A DNA stretch of 54,527 bases. It comes from Candidatus Heimdallarchaeota archaeon (GTDB lineage: Archaea > Asgardarchaeota > Heimdallarchaeia > Heimdallarchaeales > Heimdallarchaeaceae). Shown here piece by piece: positions 29,249 through 39,397 of the stretch (positions are counted from its first letter, which is position 1; each line of letters begins with the position of its first letter). The notes beneath the pieces were generated by a model that ran no database searches, was not told the DNA's origin, and worked only from the letters and a program-made list of their open reading frames with translations. The DNA lies in contig JAHLWR010000023.1 of the NCBI GenBank assembly GCA_019057815.1, positions 1-54,527 of the forward strand, written 5' to 3'. Position numbers and translations under genes: made by a program.

Positions 29249-29346
29249 TTTGCATATCTTTATAAAGGATTTTCAAATCGAAGATATGCAACAAAAGAGA
29301 AAATAAGATCGAGTCTAATAGAGAAAAACACGAGAAATTGGCTCGG
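29247..29346 (+). promoter_or_regulatory. CRISPR leader 3
   Basis: Near-identical to leader 1; begins at the cas4 stop codon. Confidence 0.88.
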
Positions 29347-31790
29347 GTTGCAAATAGTATCTCAACTACTAGAGAATTGAAATTTTCCCTTAAGTCTTTT
29401 GCCATTTTGTAAAATCTTAATGGTTGCAAATAGTATCTCAACTACTAGAGAATTGAAATAGATAAAAACCGGCAACATCATTAACATAATCAGAACTGGT
29501 TGCAAATAGTATCTCAACTACTAGAGAATTGAAATTCGTTCTGATAGCTCATTATATCTTCTTTTTTGTATTTGGTTGCAAATAGTATCTCAACTACTAG
29601 AGAATTGAAATAACCCGCAGTAGGCAAATAATAGGTGTGTAAAAGTATTAGTTGCAAATAGTATCTCAACTACTAGAGAATTGAAATAACAACGAGAGGA
29701 GCAGGAGGTTCTGTAAAATCGGGAGGGTTGCAAATAGTATCTCAACTACTAGAGAATTGAAATCTTTAACGGGTCTTGACCATTCCCCTGAAAATCCCGA
29801 TTGGTTGCAAATAGTATCTCAACTACTAGAGAATTGAAATAAACAAATATCTATCATTTCTATTGTTTTATCAGCAGTAGTTGCAAATAGTATCTCAACT
29901 ACTAGAGAATTGAAATTTAGGTAAGGATACGTATTGCGTGTCGTTCGCATTCTTGGGTTGCAAATAGTATCTCAACTACTAGAGAATTGAAATTTTGTTT
30001 GTAAGATATCATCAATAATTATTTTCTTATCTGTTGCAAATAGTATCTCAACTACTAGAGAATTGAAATTCACAACAAGGTACGCAATTGATGATCCTGA
30101 TAAAAAGTTGCAAATAGTATCTCAACTACTAGAGAATTGAAATCTACACCGACTACAGAGTTTAGATCTATGTTGTTGTTGCGTTGCAAATAGTATCTCA
30201 ACTACTAGAGAATTGAAATTTGTATAGCATGATACATCTGATAACCGTCATAGATTGAGTTGCAAATAGTATCTCAACTACTAGAGAATTGAAATTAACC
30301 TCTTTGAAAATCTATAGCAGTTTGACCTCTGATAAGTTGCAAATAGTATCTCAACTACTAGAGAATTGAAATTATTTTTAACTGTTAATCTCTTAACTAA
30401 CAAGTTTTGTAGTTGCAAATAGTATCTCAACTACTAGAGAATTGAAATCATATTAGCCTAACAACACCGTTATTTCTTCTGATGTGCCAGTTGCAAATAG
30501 TATCTCAACTACTAGAGAATTGAAATATCTGAAAGTAATTAACGCCGTCCAATGAGCCGTAGAGTGTTGCAAATAGTATCTCAACTACTAGAGAATTGAA
30601 ATTTGCTATAAAATAAAGTCATGTAAATAATACATCAGAAAGTTGCAAATAGTATCTCAACTACTAGAGAATTGAAATTGAAACTTTGGCTTATCGCTTA
30701 CCTTCAAGAACTGAATTGTTGCAAATAGTATCTCAACTACTAGAGAATTGAAATTGAACAACTTTTACGTGATACTGATAATTTTAGATAGTTGCAAATA
30801 GTATCTCAACTACTAGAGAATTGAAATATATTACCACTTTGATGGCGCAAACGTTGATAGGTTCAGTTGCAAATAGTATCTCAACTACTAGAGAATTGAA
30901 ATAACTCCTTTTTTAGCTCTCATGGCTTTGAGATTCGCAAGTTGCAAATAGTATCTCAACTACTAGAGAATTGAAATCAAGATAGCTTAAATGATAAGAA
31001 ATTAGTTTCCCATTGTGGTTGCAAATAGTATCTCAACTACTAGAGAATTGAAATATTACCACCATTAATTCGCCAGATGAGGTAGCCATTTGTAAGTTGC
31101 AAATCGTATCTCAACTACTAGAGAATTGAAATTATGCAGTAGCTGGAGTTTATGCTAAACAAGAAACTGACAGTTGCAAATAGTATCTCAACTACTAGAG
31201 AATTGAAATACACACACTTACCTAAACTTTTCAGTTGAGGCAATGTATGTTGCAAATCGTATCTCAACTACTAGAGAATTGAAATATTGTAGTTGCACTC
31301 ACTCCTGACAGTTTTTCAGAAGGTTGCAAATAGTATCTCAACTACTAGAGAATTGAAATGATGCCTTGGCATGTCAGCATCACAAAGAGCGTAGAGCCGT
31401 TGCAAATCGTATCTCAACTACTAGAGAATTGAAATTAATCTTTGAAGCAGAAGAATGTGACGAGTGTGGATATCGTTGCAAATAGTATCTCAACTACTAG
31501 AGAATTGAAATATAACGATGTTTAGACGTTCTAAACTTGATATCTTCAAGTTGCAAATCGTATCTCAACTACTAGAGAATTGAAATTAAGCCTAAATCAA
31601 AAGCGTTGGGAAATTTCAAATTAAGTTGCAAATCGTATCTCAACTACTAGAGAATTGAAATCACAGAATAAGTGCTAAGACCACCACTAGTAACACCAGA
31701 GTTGCAAATCGTATCTCAACTACTAGAGAATTGAAATAATTGGAAGTCCTCCTTCGGGGGTTCCCTTAACAAAGGTTGCAAATAGTATCT
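29347..31790 (+). CRISPR. CRISPR array 3: 32 repeats GTTGCAAATAGTATCTCAACTACTAGAGAATTGAAAT plus truncated terminal repeat, 32 spacers
   Basis: Counted directly; position-10 A>C variant in repeats at 31096, 31249, 31399, 31550, 31625, 31701; last repeat cut at 31790. Confidence 0.97.
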
Positions 31791-31815
31791 TAATGTGATC
31801 TACTTTTGGAGAATA

Positions 31816-32177
31816 CTAATTCTCTTTACAGAAGATTTGTTTCGTTAAAATTGAAATGTTATTTCCTTTAGGAATAATAAAATTAAGAAAATGATCTAAA
31901 TCTATATTTTTTGGTAAAGAGAAACTTTCATAATCCCAGAATATTGCAACTCTACGATGACTTGGGCCTGTTTCAATATTTTCTGTACTTTGTTTAAGCG
32001 AACTGAAAAAGTCAATAGTGGATTCTATAGCATCTGTAAAACTCTCTTCAAGTATATTTTTTACATTGTTAAAAAATTGTTGTCTTTTTTGTCTTCTTTG
32101 TTCTTTCAACAAAGATTTTCTTGTTGCTGTTTCACTATTTTTTTCTGTTCAACTGGGGAAAGTTTTTTTCTAGACAC
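31816..32177 (-). pseudogene. Truncated NYN (LabA/DUF88, PIN-like) domain gene
   Basis: 'RRVAIFWDYESFSLP' resembles the NYN N-terminal motif; extends to GTG 32177 if one T is added at 32111-32113; remainder lost at the array 3 end. Confidence 0.6.
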
Positions 32178-32375
32178 TTAAGCATCACTTTGTACTTGTT
32201 AAGATTAGATTAATCGCAAATACTCTCCATTTTAGATATAAAAGCTTTCTGTGCTTATTAGCTATTATGATATATCATTCATTAAACAATTTTAATCTGG
32301 ATTATATATATAAAAGATTAGATTTAAAAAATCTGGTGTAAATAGTACATCGTTGAGAAAAATGATTTAGTTACC

Positions 32376-32722
32376 CCTTTCGGAAGAATTTGAAGAAAAT
32401 TGTATATGATGATTTCTCAACTTTATAAAGGAAAAATGATGATGTTAATTTAATTTTGGCTTAATTCGATTATTATAAGAAAGGAAAAAAAAGAAAGAAT
32501 AGTTGTTAATTAATCTATTTTTCGTCTTTTTCGAGAGAATGATTTTATGAGTAGTAAAGGAACTACTAATATTAGAAGAGTAAATGTGAAATATATTTGA
32601 GTTTCATCTGTAGTAGATTCAACAGGTTCATCAAGAGGGTAAAAATCGATTGAACTTGCAGAACCATCAATAGAATAAGAACCTATCCCTGACCAATCGG
32701 ACCAATAGTTACCTTCAAGTGT
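32376..32722 (+). repeat. ~350-bp imperfect direct repeat of ~36531-36873
   Basis: Shared TGTATATGATGATTTCTCAACTTTATAA...TTAATTCGAT...TTAATCTATTTTTCGTCTTTT...TTACCTTCAAGTGT. Confidence 0.85.
32510..32722 (-). pseudogene. 3' fragment (end cap + TM anchor) of a beta-helix gene
   Basis: TLEGNYWSDWSG...DETQIYFTFTLLI...RRKID nearly matches the end of 36661..38004; no upstream part. Confidence 0.8.
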
Positions 32723-33034
32723 AACCCATATCTGTTGAGTTAACACTTATTAAAACCAAAGAAAAGAATTTACTTACTTCTTTATGATCGAAGTTATTCT
32801 TTTTTTGAATTAAGTAACACAATAAAAGGATTTTTAATTAATGCCTTCACCAATCGTACTCTGTAAGAGAATAAAGGATTAATAAAACAAATGTTCACTA
32901 AATTCTTCAGAAGGTCTTACCCTTTTATGAAGTGATTTTATAATTTTCGTGTTTTTTCCTATTGCTGAAGAATCTTCTACAATGCTTAAATAAGTAGTTG
33001 AGTAAGCACTATTATTGAAAAAGGGGATATTTTT

Positions 33035-36000
33035 ATGTTTAAATCTAGTAAAAGTTGGTTTATTTTGTTTGTATTTCTATCATCTTCGATATTTATTGTT
33101 TCAGGAGAAACGGTAAGTACAGTTGCCGAAATACCAGTAGTGAATGAACAGTTTAGTATTGAATCTTCTGTTGAATATGGATCGAATTATTTGATGAATA
33201 GTAAGGTCTACATCGCGTGGGATACGACATCAGCATACGGTCATGCATCAAATCCTGCAGGTGTGATTACCGATTGGAGAGCAGATGATAATGAAAACTT
33301 CGATCCAACTGATGATGAGAATAGAATCAGAGGTGATCTTACAGGAATACAATCAGGTTTTCAAGTTCTTGTTGAAGATAGTGGTTCTTTGTATCAGTTT
33401 CAACGTGAACTGACTGATACAAGTGGTGTAACCATTAATACTTATGAGGAAAATTCTGAAGTTTTTGCGGAGATTGTCTGTGATTGGTCTAATCATAATT
33501 TGATGGTCACAATTACCTATAAATTAGTCGAGAACGATCCAAATGTTTATGTCACTCTTGATTATGAGGTCTCAGGGAGTACTACAATAGATAAAATTAG
33601 TTATGGACTAGCAATGATTAGTAGTATATGGAGTACTTCTGATCCAAAGGAAATGGCTTGGTTTGATTATTATAGGGTTGCAGGACAAGTAGAAGGTGCA
33701 ATTGGCTCTCTACCTAGTAATACTGATAATCGTATTGATGCAGATCTATCAGTTCCATTATATGGCGCTCTCCGCTCAAGTTCCAATGACTGGATTCAAG
33801 GATTAGTTCCAATACAAATTGATGATGTCACTGGACTACAATTGCGTTTAATGACTAAATGGGCTCATGAGCGAAATATTTATGCTTTTCTCCATTCAGG
33901 TAATGATCTCACTATTGGAACTTTTACTAATTCATTTGCATGGTTTGCTGAAACTGGTTCAAGCTATCAATCTATTGAATCACTAGCTACACAGCTACAG
34001 ACATACGAAACTTCAGTTCCTTGGTCAGATAACTTTAATGATGGTAATTACGACGATTGGACAGTCACAAGAGGGGGATATTCTGCAAGTAATTACTATC
34101 TAGAAGGAACTGTTTCTTCATTTAATTGGATACATACTTCTTCTAATATAGCTTATGGACAATGGTCATTTAAAGGGAACTATTTTGGTTCTGATAGTCT
34201 TTCGATAATATTCGTATGCGATCAACTCAATTCAGGAGATTATTATAATGGTGAAAAAGGATATCAGTTAAATATCTACAATGATCAATTTAGACTTAGA
34301 AGAATAGATACAGGTGGCTCAGAAACACTACTAGCAAGCAAAACTGTTTCAGATTTCACTGGTTGGCATGATATTGTTATAACTCGAGACTCTGAAAATA
34401 ATTTCAAGGTTTTTCTGAATGGCGAACTACAACTAGAAGCACAAGATTCAACATATACTACTTCAACTTATATGATGCTACCGTTTTATAATAAACAAGC
34501 TATTGATGACATTATTGTTTCAAATGAGGTTATTTTCGACCCTGAAGAGCCAACTGACCCTGAAGAGCCAACTGACCCTGAAGAGCCAACTGACCCTGAA
34601 GGAATAGAAAATATAGAAATTGTATCATTGAAAACAAGTGCAGAAATATCTTTTACAACTAATACAGACACTAAGTGTAGAATACTATGGGGAAGCTCAA
34701 CTGCTAGTTTATATAATTCATTGGAAGAAACAAGTTTTTCTATGAGTCATTCGTTCACAATAACTGATCTACAAACAGAAAAACAATATTTCTTCAAAGT
34801 TGAATGTGAAAATACAGCAGGGGAAATATATGTAGATGATAATTTGAAGCAGTACTATAAAATAGAAACAGTTTACGAGATTCCAGTTTATTCAAAGATA
34901 GAAAAGAATGTTGGTTTCGAGAAGAGAATTGATGAATATCTATCTGTATCTGTTTTAGGATTGAGTTTGAATATGGGATTACATACAGGTATTAGTGTAC
35001 CTATGTTTTATGGTTTAGAAACACCTAAATATTTGACACCAGGTGAAACAGTAACGTCAACATCGTATATACGTCCTGGTGATGGTTATTTTGGTTTATC
35101 TGCTTATGGGGAATTATCAGCTCTTGGATATGTTTTTGAACCATTTGAAGGGATAGACTTCTGGGAGTACTTTCAGACACCATATGGTGAAACAAGTTTT
35201 ACACTAGATAAAACTGTAGTATTGACAAGCTACGATTTTGAAGAAAGTTTTTCAAAGACATATATTCATTTGTCAGCTAGTGCACATTTCAAAATAACTT
35301 TATATGCAGATATAATTCCAAATGTGGATTTAACAATTTCAGGTCCAATTTCATCTGGAACTAAGAATGAAAATAAGAATTTGGGAATAAATGATTATTC
35401 TGTTTCTGCTACAGATACAATTATTAGTTCAGCTGATGACAGTTCTCGCCTTAATTCTGTTTCAGAAGCTAAGATAACAATTGATAATGTGTATTTAGTC
35501 CTTGAACTATTGGAAATAATAATAACTGGTTCTGTGTCAGTTTTAGGCTTTTCAACAGAATACGAAGAAGTTTTCAAGATACTAGACTATACAGGGGGAA
35601 TATTGGATCCGATAGTTATTCCTGCTTTTGACATATTTCCATTTACAATAGATTTAGATCCCATTCAAACCGAATCAGAAATAGATTTAGAAGCACCAGT
35701 TATTGGTGAGATTGAAATAATCAAACCAACAGAAGAAAATTCCTTCTATTATTTCAAAGCAAATCCTACAGATGACAAAGGGATTTTTGAGGTAATAGTT
35801 ACTTATTACTTAGAGGATGGTGCTTTTGAAACAATAGAATTGAGTAGGCAAAGTGATGGAAGCTATTCAGGTTCAGTTTCAGAATCAGTTTTGGAAGAAA
35901 GAGAAGTAGTTTCAGTTTCAGTTACAGTAACTGATATAGCTGGAAAACAAGTGACATCAGAGACTTATACAATAGAATCTGAAAAAAGTCCAGGTTTTAT

Positions 36001-36070
36001 CTTAACAACAGTTATTTTGTCAATGATTCTTGTTTCATTGTTTATCAGACGAAAGAAGGTTTTCTCTTAA
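33035..36070 (+). CDS. Large secreted surface protein (LamG/ConA-like + FN3-like + Ig-like) with PGF-CTERM-like anchor
   Basis: Signal peptide; 'WSDNFNDG..WHDIVITRD..KVFLNG..AIDDIIV'; 'HSFTITDL..YFFKV'; KSPGF + TM + RRKK. Confidence 0.8.
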   Translation: MFKSSKSWFILFVFLSSSIFIVSGETVSTVAEIPVVNEQFSIESSVEYGSNYLMNSKVYIAWDTTSAYGHASNPAGVITDWRADDNENFDPTDDENRIRGDLTGIQSGFQVLVEDSGSLYQFQRELTDTSGVTINTYEENSEVFAEIVCDWSNHNLMVTITYKLVENDPNVYVTLDYEVSGSTTIDKISYGLAMISSIWSTSDPKEMAWFDYYRVAGQVEGAIGSLPSNTDNRIDADLSVPLYGALRSSSNDWIQGLVPIQIDDVTGLQLRLMTKWAHERNIYAFLHSGNDLTIGTFTNSFAWFAETGSSYQSIESLATQLQTYETSVPWSDNFNDGNYDDWTVTRGGYSASNYYLEGTVSSFNWIHTSSNIAYGQWSFKGNYFGSDSLSIIFVCDQLNSGDYYNGEKGYQLNIYNDQFRLRRIDTGGSETLLASKTVSDFTGWHDIVITRDSENNFKVFLNGELQLEAQDSTYTTSTYMMLPFYNKQAIDDIIVSNEVIFDPEEPTDPEEPTDPEEPTDPEGIENIEIVSLKTSAEISFTTNTDTKCRILWGSSTASLYNSLEETSFSMSHSFTITDLQTEKQYFFKVECENTAGEIYVDDNLKQYYKIETVYEIPVYSKIEKNVGFEKRIDEYLSVSVLGLSLNMGLHTGISVPMFYGLETPKYLTPGETVTSTSYIRPGDGYFGLSAYGELSALGYVFEPFEGIDFWEYFQTPYGETSFTLDKTVVLTSYDFEESFSKTYIHLSASAHFKITLYADIIPNVDLTISGPISSGTKNENKNLGINDYSVSATDTIISSADDSSRLNSVSEAKITIDNVYLVLELLEIIITGSVSVLGFSTEYEEVFKILDYTGGILDPIVIPAFDIFPFTIDLDPIQTESEIDLEAPVIGEIEIIKPTEENSFYYFKANPTDDKGIFEVIVTYYLEDGAFETIELSRQSDGSYSGSVSESVLEEREVVSVSVTVTDIAGKQVTSETYTIESEKSPGFILTTVILSMILVSLFIRRKKVFS
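34538..34601 (+). repeat. Intragenic 18-bp tandem repeat GACCCTGAAGAGCCAACT x3.5 (DPEEPT linker)
   Basis: Perfect copies read directly. Confidence 0.95.
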
Positions 36071-36255
36071 CGTTTTTTTCTTTTTTCTCTCTTATTTTAT
36101 TCTTTTCACTATTATCGTATTGTAATAGTAAAAAGCAATTTGATGTGCAAAAAAAGAGTGATAATACTGCCTTTATTGAAGAAAAATTAATTACCTGTGG
36201 TATAGCACGAATTACGAGGGAAATATATGATATTGAAGGAAAAGAAAAAAGACAA

Positions 36256-36444
36256 GATGCATAGCGAATCTCAGCTACTAGAGAATTGAAATATAATCCA
36301 TGAAAGCATCGCTGAAATAGGGATTTTCAGGTTGCATACAGAATCTCACTAACTAGAGAATTGAAATGTATTATTAAGTTTAGCAGTATTATCTATCCAA
36401 TAACCTGGTTGCATATTGAATCTCAGCTACTAGAGAATTGAAAA
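36256..36444 (+). CRISPR. Leaderless degenerate mini-array: 3 repeats (36256, 36331, 36408), 2 spacers (38 and 40 nt)
   Basis: 37-nt repeats most like array 2, each different, all keeping TCTC/GAGA stem and ATTGAAA. Confidence 0.9.
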
Positions 36445-36660
36445 GCTCATCGAGGATATGTTCTTTAAAAGAAATACATGATTTAAATGATAATGCAAAT
36501 AGCAAATCATTTAAAAAAAATCTGGTTGTCCCTTTCAGAGAAATTAAGAAATCTGTATATGATGATTTCTCAACTTTATAATGGAAAAATGATGATTTTA
36601 ATTTAATTTTGACTTAATTCGATTTTTGTAAGAAAGAAAAAAAGAAGGAATAGTTGCTAC

Positions 36661-38004
36661 TTAATCTATTTTTCGTCTTTTTTTAGAGAATAATTTTATG
36701 AGTAGCAAAGGAACTAATACTATTAGTAGAGTAAATGTGAAATATATTTGAGTTTCATCTGTAGAACATTCAACAGGTTCATCAAGAGGGTAAAGATCGA
36801 TTGAACTTGCATAACCAGCAATAGAATAATTACCTGTACCTGACCAATCTGACCAATAATTACCTTCAAGTGTTTCAGTATCATACCAAAAGTTGTCAGA
36901 ACAATAATCAAAAGCTTGGGAAGTTCCTCCTAGATTATTGTCTACAAAGGTATTATGGTGAATAAGATTACTATCAGAACTAAGAAGTAAGTATACTCCA
37001 TAGACTTCATTTTCTTGTAGAAGATTGTAAGTAACGACACAAAAATCAGAAGACCAAAGATAGATGCCTCCCCAGTAGTTATTGCTACACGTGTTGTTTA
37101 CAACCGTCGCACTACCAGAAGAGGAAAGCAAGATGCCAAAGTTGCTGTTATTGCTACATGTGTTGTTAATAATAATTGAATATGTACAGGAGTACTGAAA
37201 TAGACCAGTTGTAGCGCTATTTAATATTTGATCACGTACTGTCACACTATTACAATTAACTAATATTAATTGACCATAGACAGGCTCAGAAATAATAGTG
37301 GAGTCAAGGTTAGTGCAAAAACCTAGTTTTTTCCCATTCACCCAATTATTCTCAACAGCATACGATAGGTAAGCATTAATGGTACCGTCGTTTATATGTA
37401 AACCACAATTAGTAAAAGAGTTGTTGACAACAGTAGAACTACCAGAATATTGAAGATAGATTCCTCTGTAGTAATTGTTGCTACATGTGTTGTTTGCAAC
37501 CGTAGAACTACCGGAAGACAAAAGCATGATGCCATCGCTATTATTGCTGCATGTGTTGTTTGCAACCGTGGAACTACCAGAAGAGGAAAGCGAGATACCT
37601 CCGTAGTTATTATTGCATGTGTTGTTGATTACAGTTGCTGTACCATCAGCTACATTCTTGATATGAATGCCATAATGGCTTGTGTCAACATAGCAGTTAC
37701 GAACAATGAAATATTTCGTTGTATCATCGATAAAAATACCATCTATACTCGTTGTTGTGATCTTGTAACCATCAATAAGATAAGGGTCTTCCGCTGTTCC
37801 TGTTCCAGGAAAAATCTCAAGTTCACTATCAGAAGTAATGGATATAGGATCATGGGGGGTCAAAGAGACGTAAGAGGGTGGGTTGGAAGAGATAGTTGTA
37901 GAACTTACACTCAGACTAGAGAATAAACTTAGTCCAAAAATTAAAATTGAAACAAATAAAACTCTTCTAATTGATACTCTAGATAGTTTTGATCGATTTT
38001 CCAT
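36661..38004 (-). CDS. Beta-helix (NosD-like) surface protein, TM-anchored
   Basis: Paralogue architecture as above. Confidence 0.88.
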   Translation of the reverse strand: MENRSKLSRVSIRRVLFVSILIFGLSLFSSLSVSSTTISSNPPSYVSLTPHDPISITSDSELEIFPGTGTAEDPYLIDGYKITTTSIDGIFIDDTTKYFIVRNCYVDTSHYGIHIKNVADGTATVINNTCNNNYGGISLSSSGSSTVANNTCSNNSDGIMLLSSGSSTVANNTCSNNYYRGIYLQYSGSSTVVNNSFTNCGLHINDGTINAYLSYAVENNWVNGKKLGFCTNLDSTIISEPVYGQLILVNCNSVTVRDQILNSATTGLFQYSCTYSIIINNTCSNNSNFGILLSSSGSATVVNNTCSNNYWGGIYLWSSDFCVVTYNLLQENEVYGVYLLLSSDSNLIHHNTFVDNNLGGTSQAFDYCSDNFWYDTETLEGNYWSDWSGTGNYSIAGYASSIDLYPLDEPVECSTDETQIYFTFTLLIVLVPLLLIKLFSKKRRKID

Positions 38005-38149
38005 AGTTAACCTACAAAGATGTCAATTTAATATACTAGCATGTTTTGACACTTATATATCTTATGAAGTGAAAAGTAATTTTATTTCTCTCAATTTAAT
38101 AAATAAAGTCGAAGTTTCAAAACTACAAAATTGTGAAAAGAAAGCAGAG

Positions 38150-38186
38150 GTTGAATGCTGAATCTAAGTTACTAGAGAATTGAAAT
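38150..38186 (+). repeat. Solitary CRISPR repeat 1
   Basis: GTTGAATGCTGAATCTAAGTTACTAGAGAATTGAAAT. Confidence 0.85.
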
Positions 38187-38300
38187 AAGTTGCGAAATTA
38201 TAATAGCCTTGGTACTGAAACTTATTAGATATTTGATAAATATTACACGCTTTATTAAATAGTATCAAAATTTATATATTCACATAACAATAATTGGTTT

Positions 38301-38860
38301 ATGAGTTATGTTCTAGCCCCCATTGAACAAAAGACAGCTCTTCAGATAATCGATTTGTTAATGACGTATTCGGACGAAATAAGATTTAATACAATCTTTA
38401 AATCCGTTAATGGGGGACTAGTAGCAAATTACAATGCTATTGACAACTTAAAGAGTATTGACTTAGTTAAGGATCGACAGAAGTTCGAATATGGTCCCTG
38501 GAACGTTTCCTTGAAGGAACATGGAAATTAGTAGGATACAGAATAGGTTTTATTAAAGCAGAGCTCCCACATCAAGATTTAACACTACTTGAACAGAAAA
38601 CAGCTTTACAGATACTATTCTATCTTATTAATTATGGAGGAACTCTTCGTTTCAGAGCTCTCCATAGATCTATCTTTGGTGGAAATTCTGCGATTAATAC
38701 GGCTATAAAAAACTTGTGTGATGCTGATATTTTAGAGGACCGTATAGAACAAAAGAAAAGACATAGATGTTTATCTTTAAAGGAAACAGGATTCAAAATA
38801 GCAGATAGAGCTTTGGAAATAAAAGAACTACTATCATATTCACAAGGAATATTGCTCTAA
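38301..38860 (+). pseudogene. Tandem winged-HTH regulator, frameshifted (or assembly error) at ~38525-38527
   Basis: Adding one A joins 38301..38531 to the open frame 38531..38860; both halves contain EQKTALQI..RF..GG..AI.NL..SLKE.G. Confidence 0.75.
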
Positions 38861-39006
38861 TGTCTTAACTTTTCCATCAAAACCTTTCTTATTAGTTTCT
38901 CATTGTATTTCTCAAACATATTACTAAACGCTATTATTTGGATTTAACCAAGTAAGGTCGAATTTGAGATCATAAAGATAGAAGAGAGAAAAGTTATCTT
39001 CTAATT

Positions 39007-39225
39007 CTAGACTTTTTCAAGAACTCTTTCTATTAGAGGTATAAAGGCTTTATCTTTAGTATTGGAAATTTCTCTATGCAGAGATTTGACCATTATTCTC
39101 AATATTCCGACATCTATCACTTTTTCGAGTTCTTGGTAGAAATAGTCTAGTGAGAAATCGACTAAAACTTCTTTTTCTTTGCAATCTAAGTCTTCTTTCC
39201 CAATAACTCTCTGCATACTTTTCAC
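39007..39225 (-). CDS. Small hypothetical protein
   Basis: 72-aa ORF with protein-like composition; no motif recognised. Confidence 0.35.
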   Translation of the reverse strand: MKSMQRVIGKEDLDCKEKEVLVDFSLDYFYQELEKVIDVGILRIMVKSLHREISNTKDKAFIPLIERVLEKV

Positions 39226-39397
39226 AAATTATAGTTTTTTAATTATTGGGTTAAGAATAAAAGACAGGTAGTAGACTTTAGGTTTCATTCACTTATATAT
39301 TTATTGTCCGATTATAAAGGGTGTAAAAAAGAGGAAGGGTTGAATGTTTGGTTCTTGTTATTACTTCGCTTTTATGCTGCTTCTGACAGCTGTTCCA

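Noticed and set aside
13684-29441. ORFs 13684..13977, 24644..24826, 25062..25244 and 29154..29441
   Set aside because: They run through CRISPR repeats or leaders; spurious
12674-31790. Self-targeting spacers within the window
   Set aside because: None longer than ~10-12 nt noticed by eye; needs a computational search to exclude
36368-36407. Mini-array spacer 2 targeting the 11500-11525 promoter region (TTAAGTTT.AGCA)
   Set aside because: Short, gapped, AT-rich, no seed match; the spacer's reverse strand reads like foreign coding sequence (GYWIDNTAKLNN)
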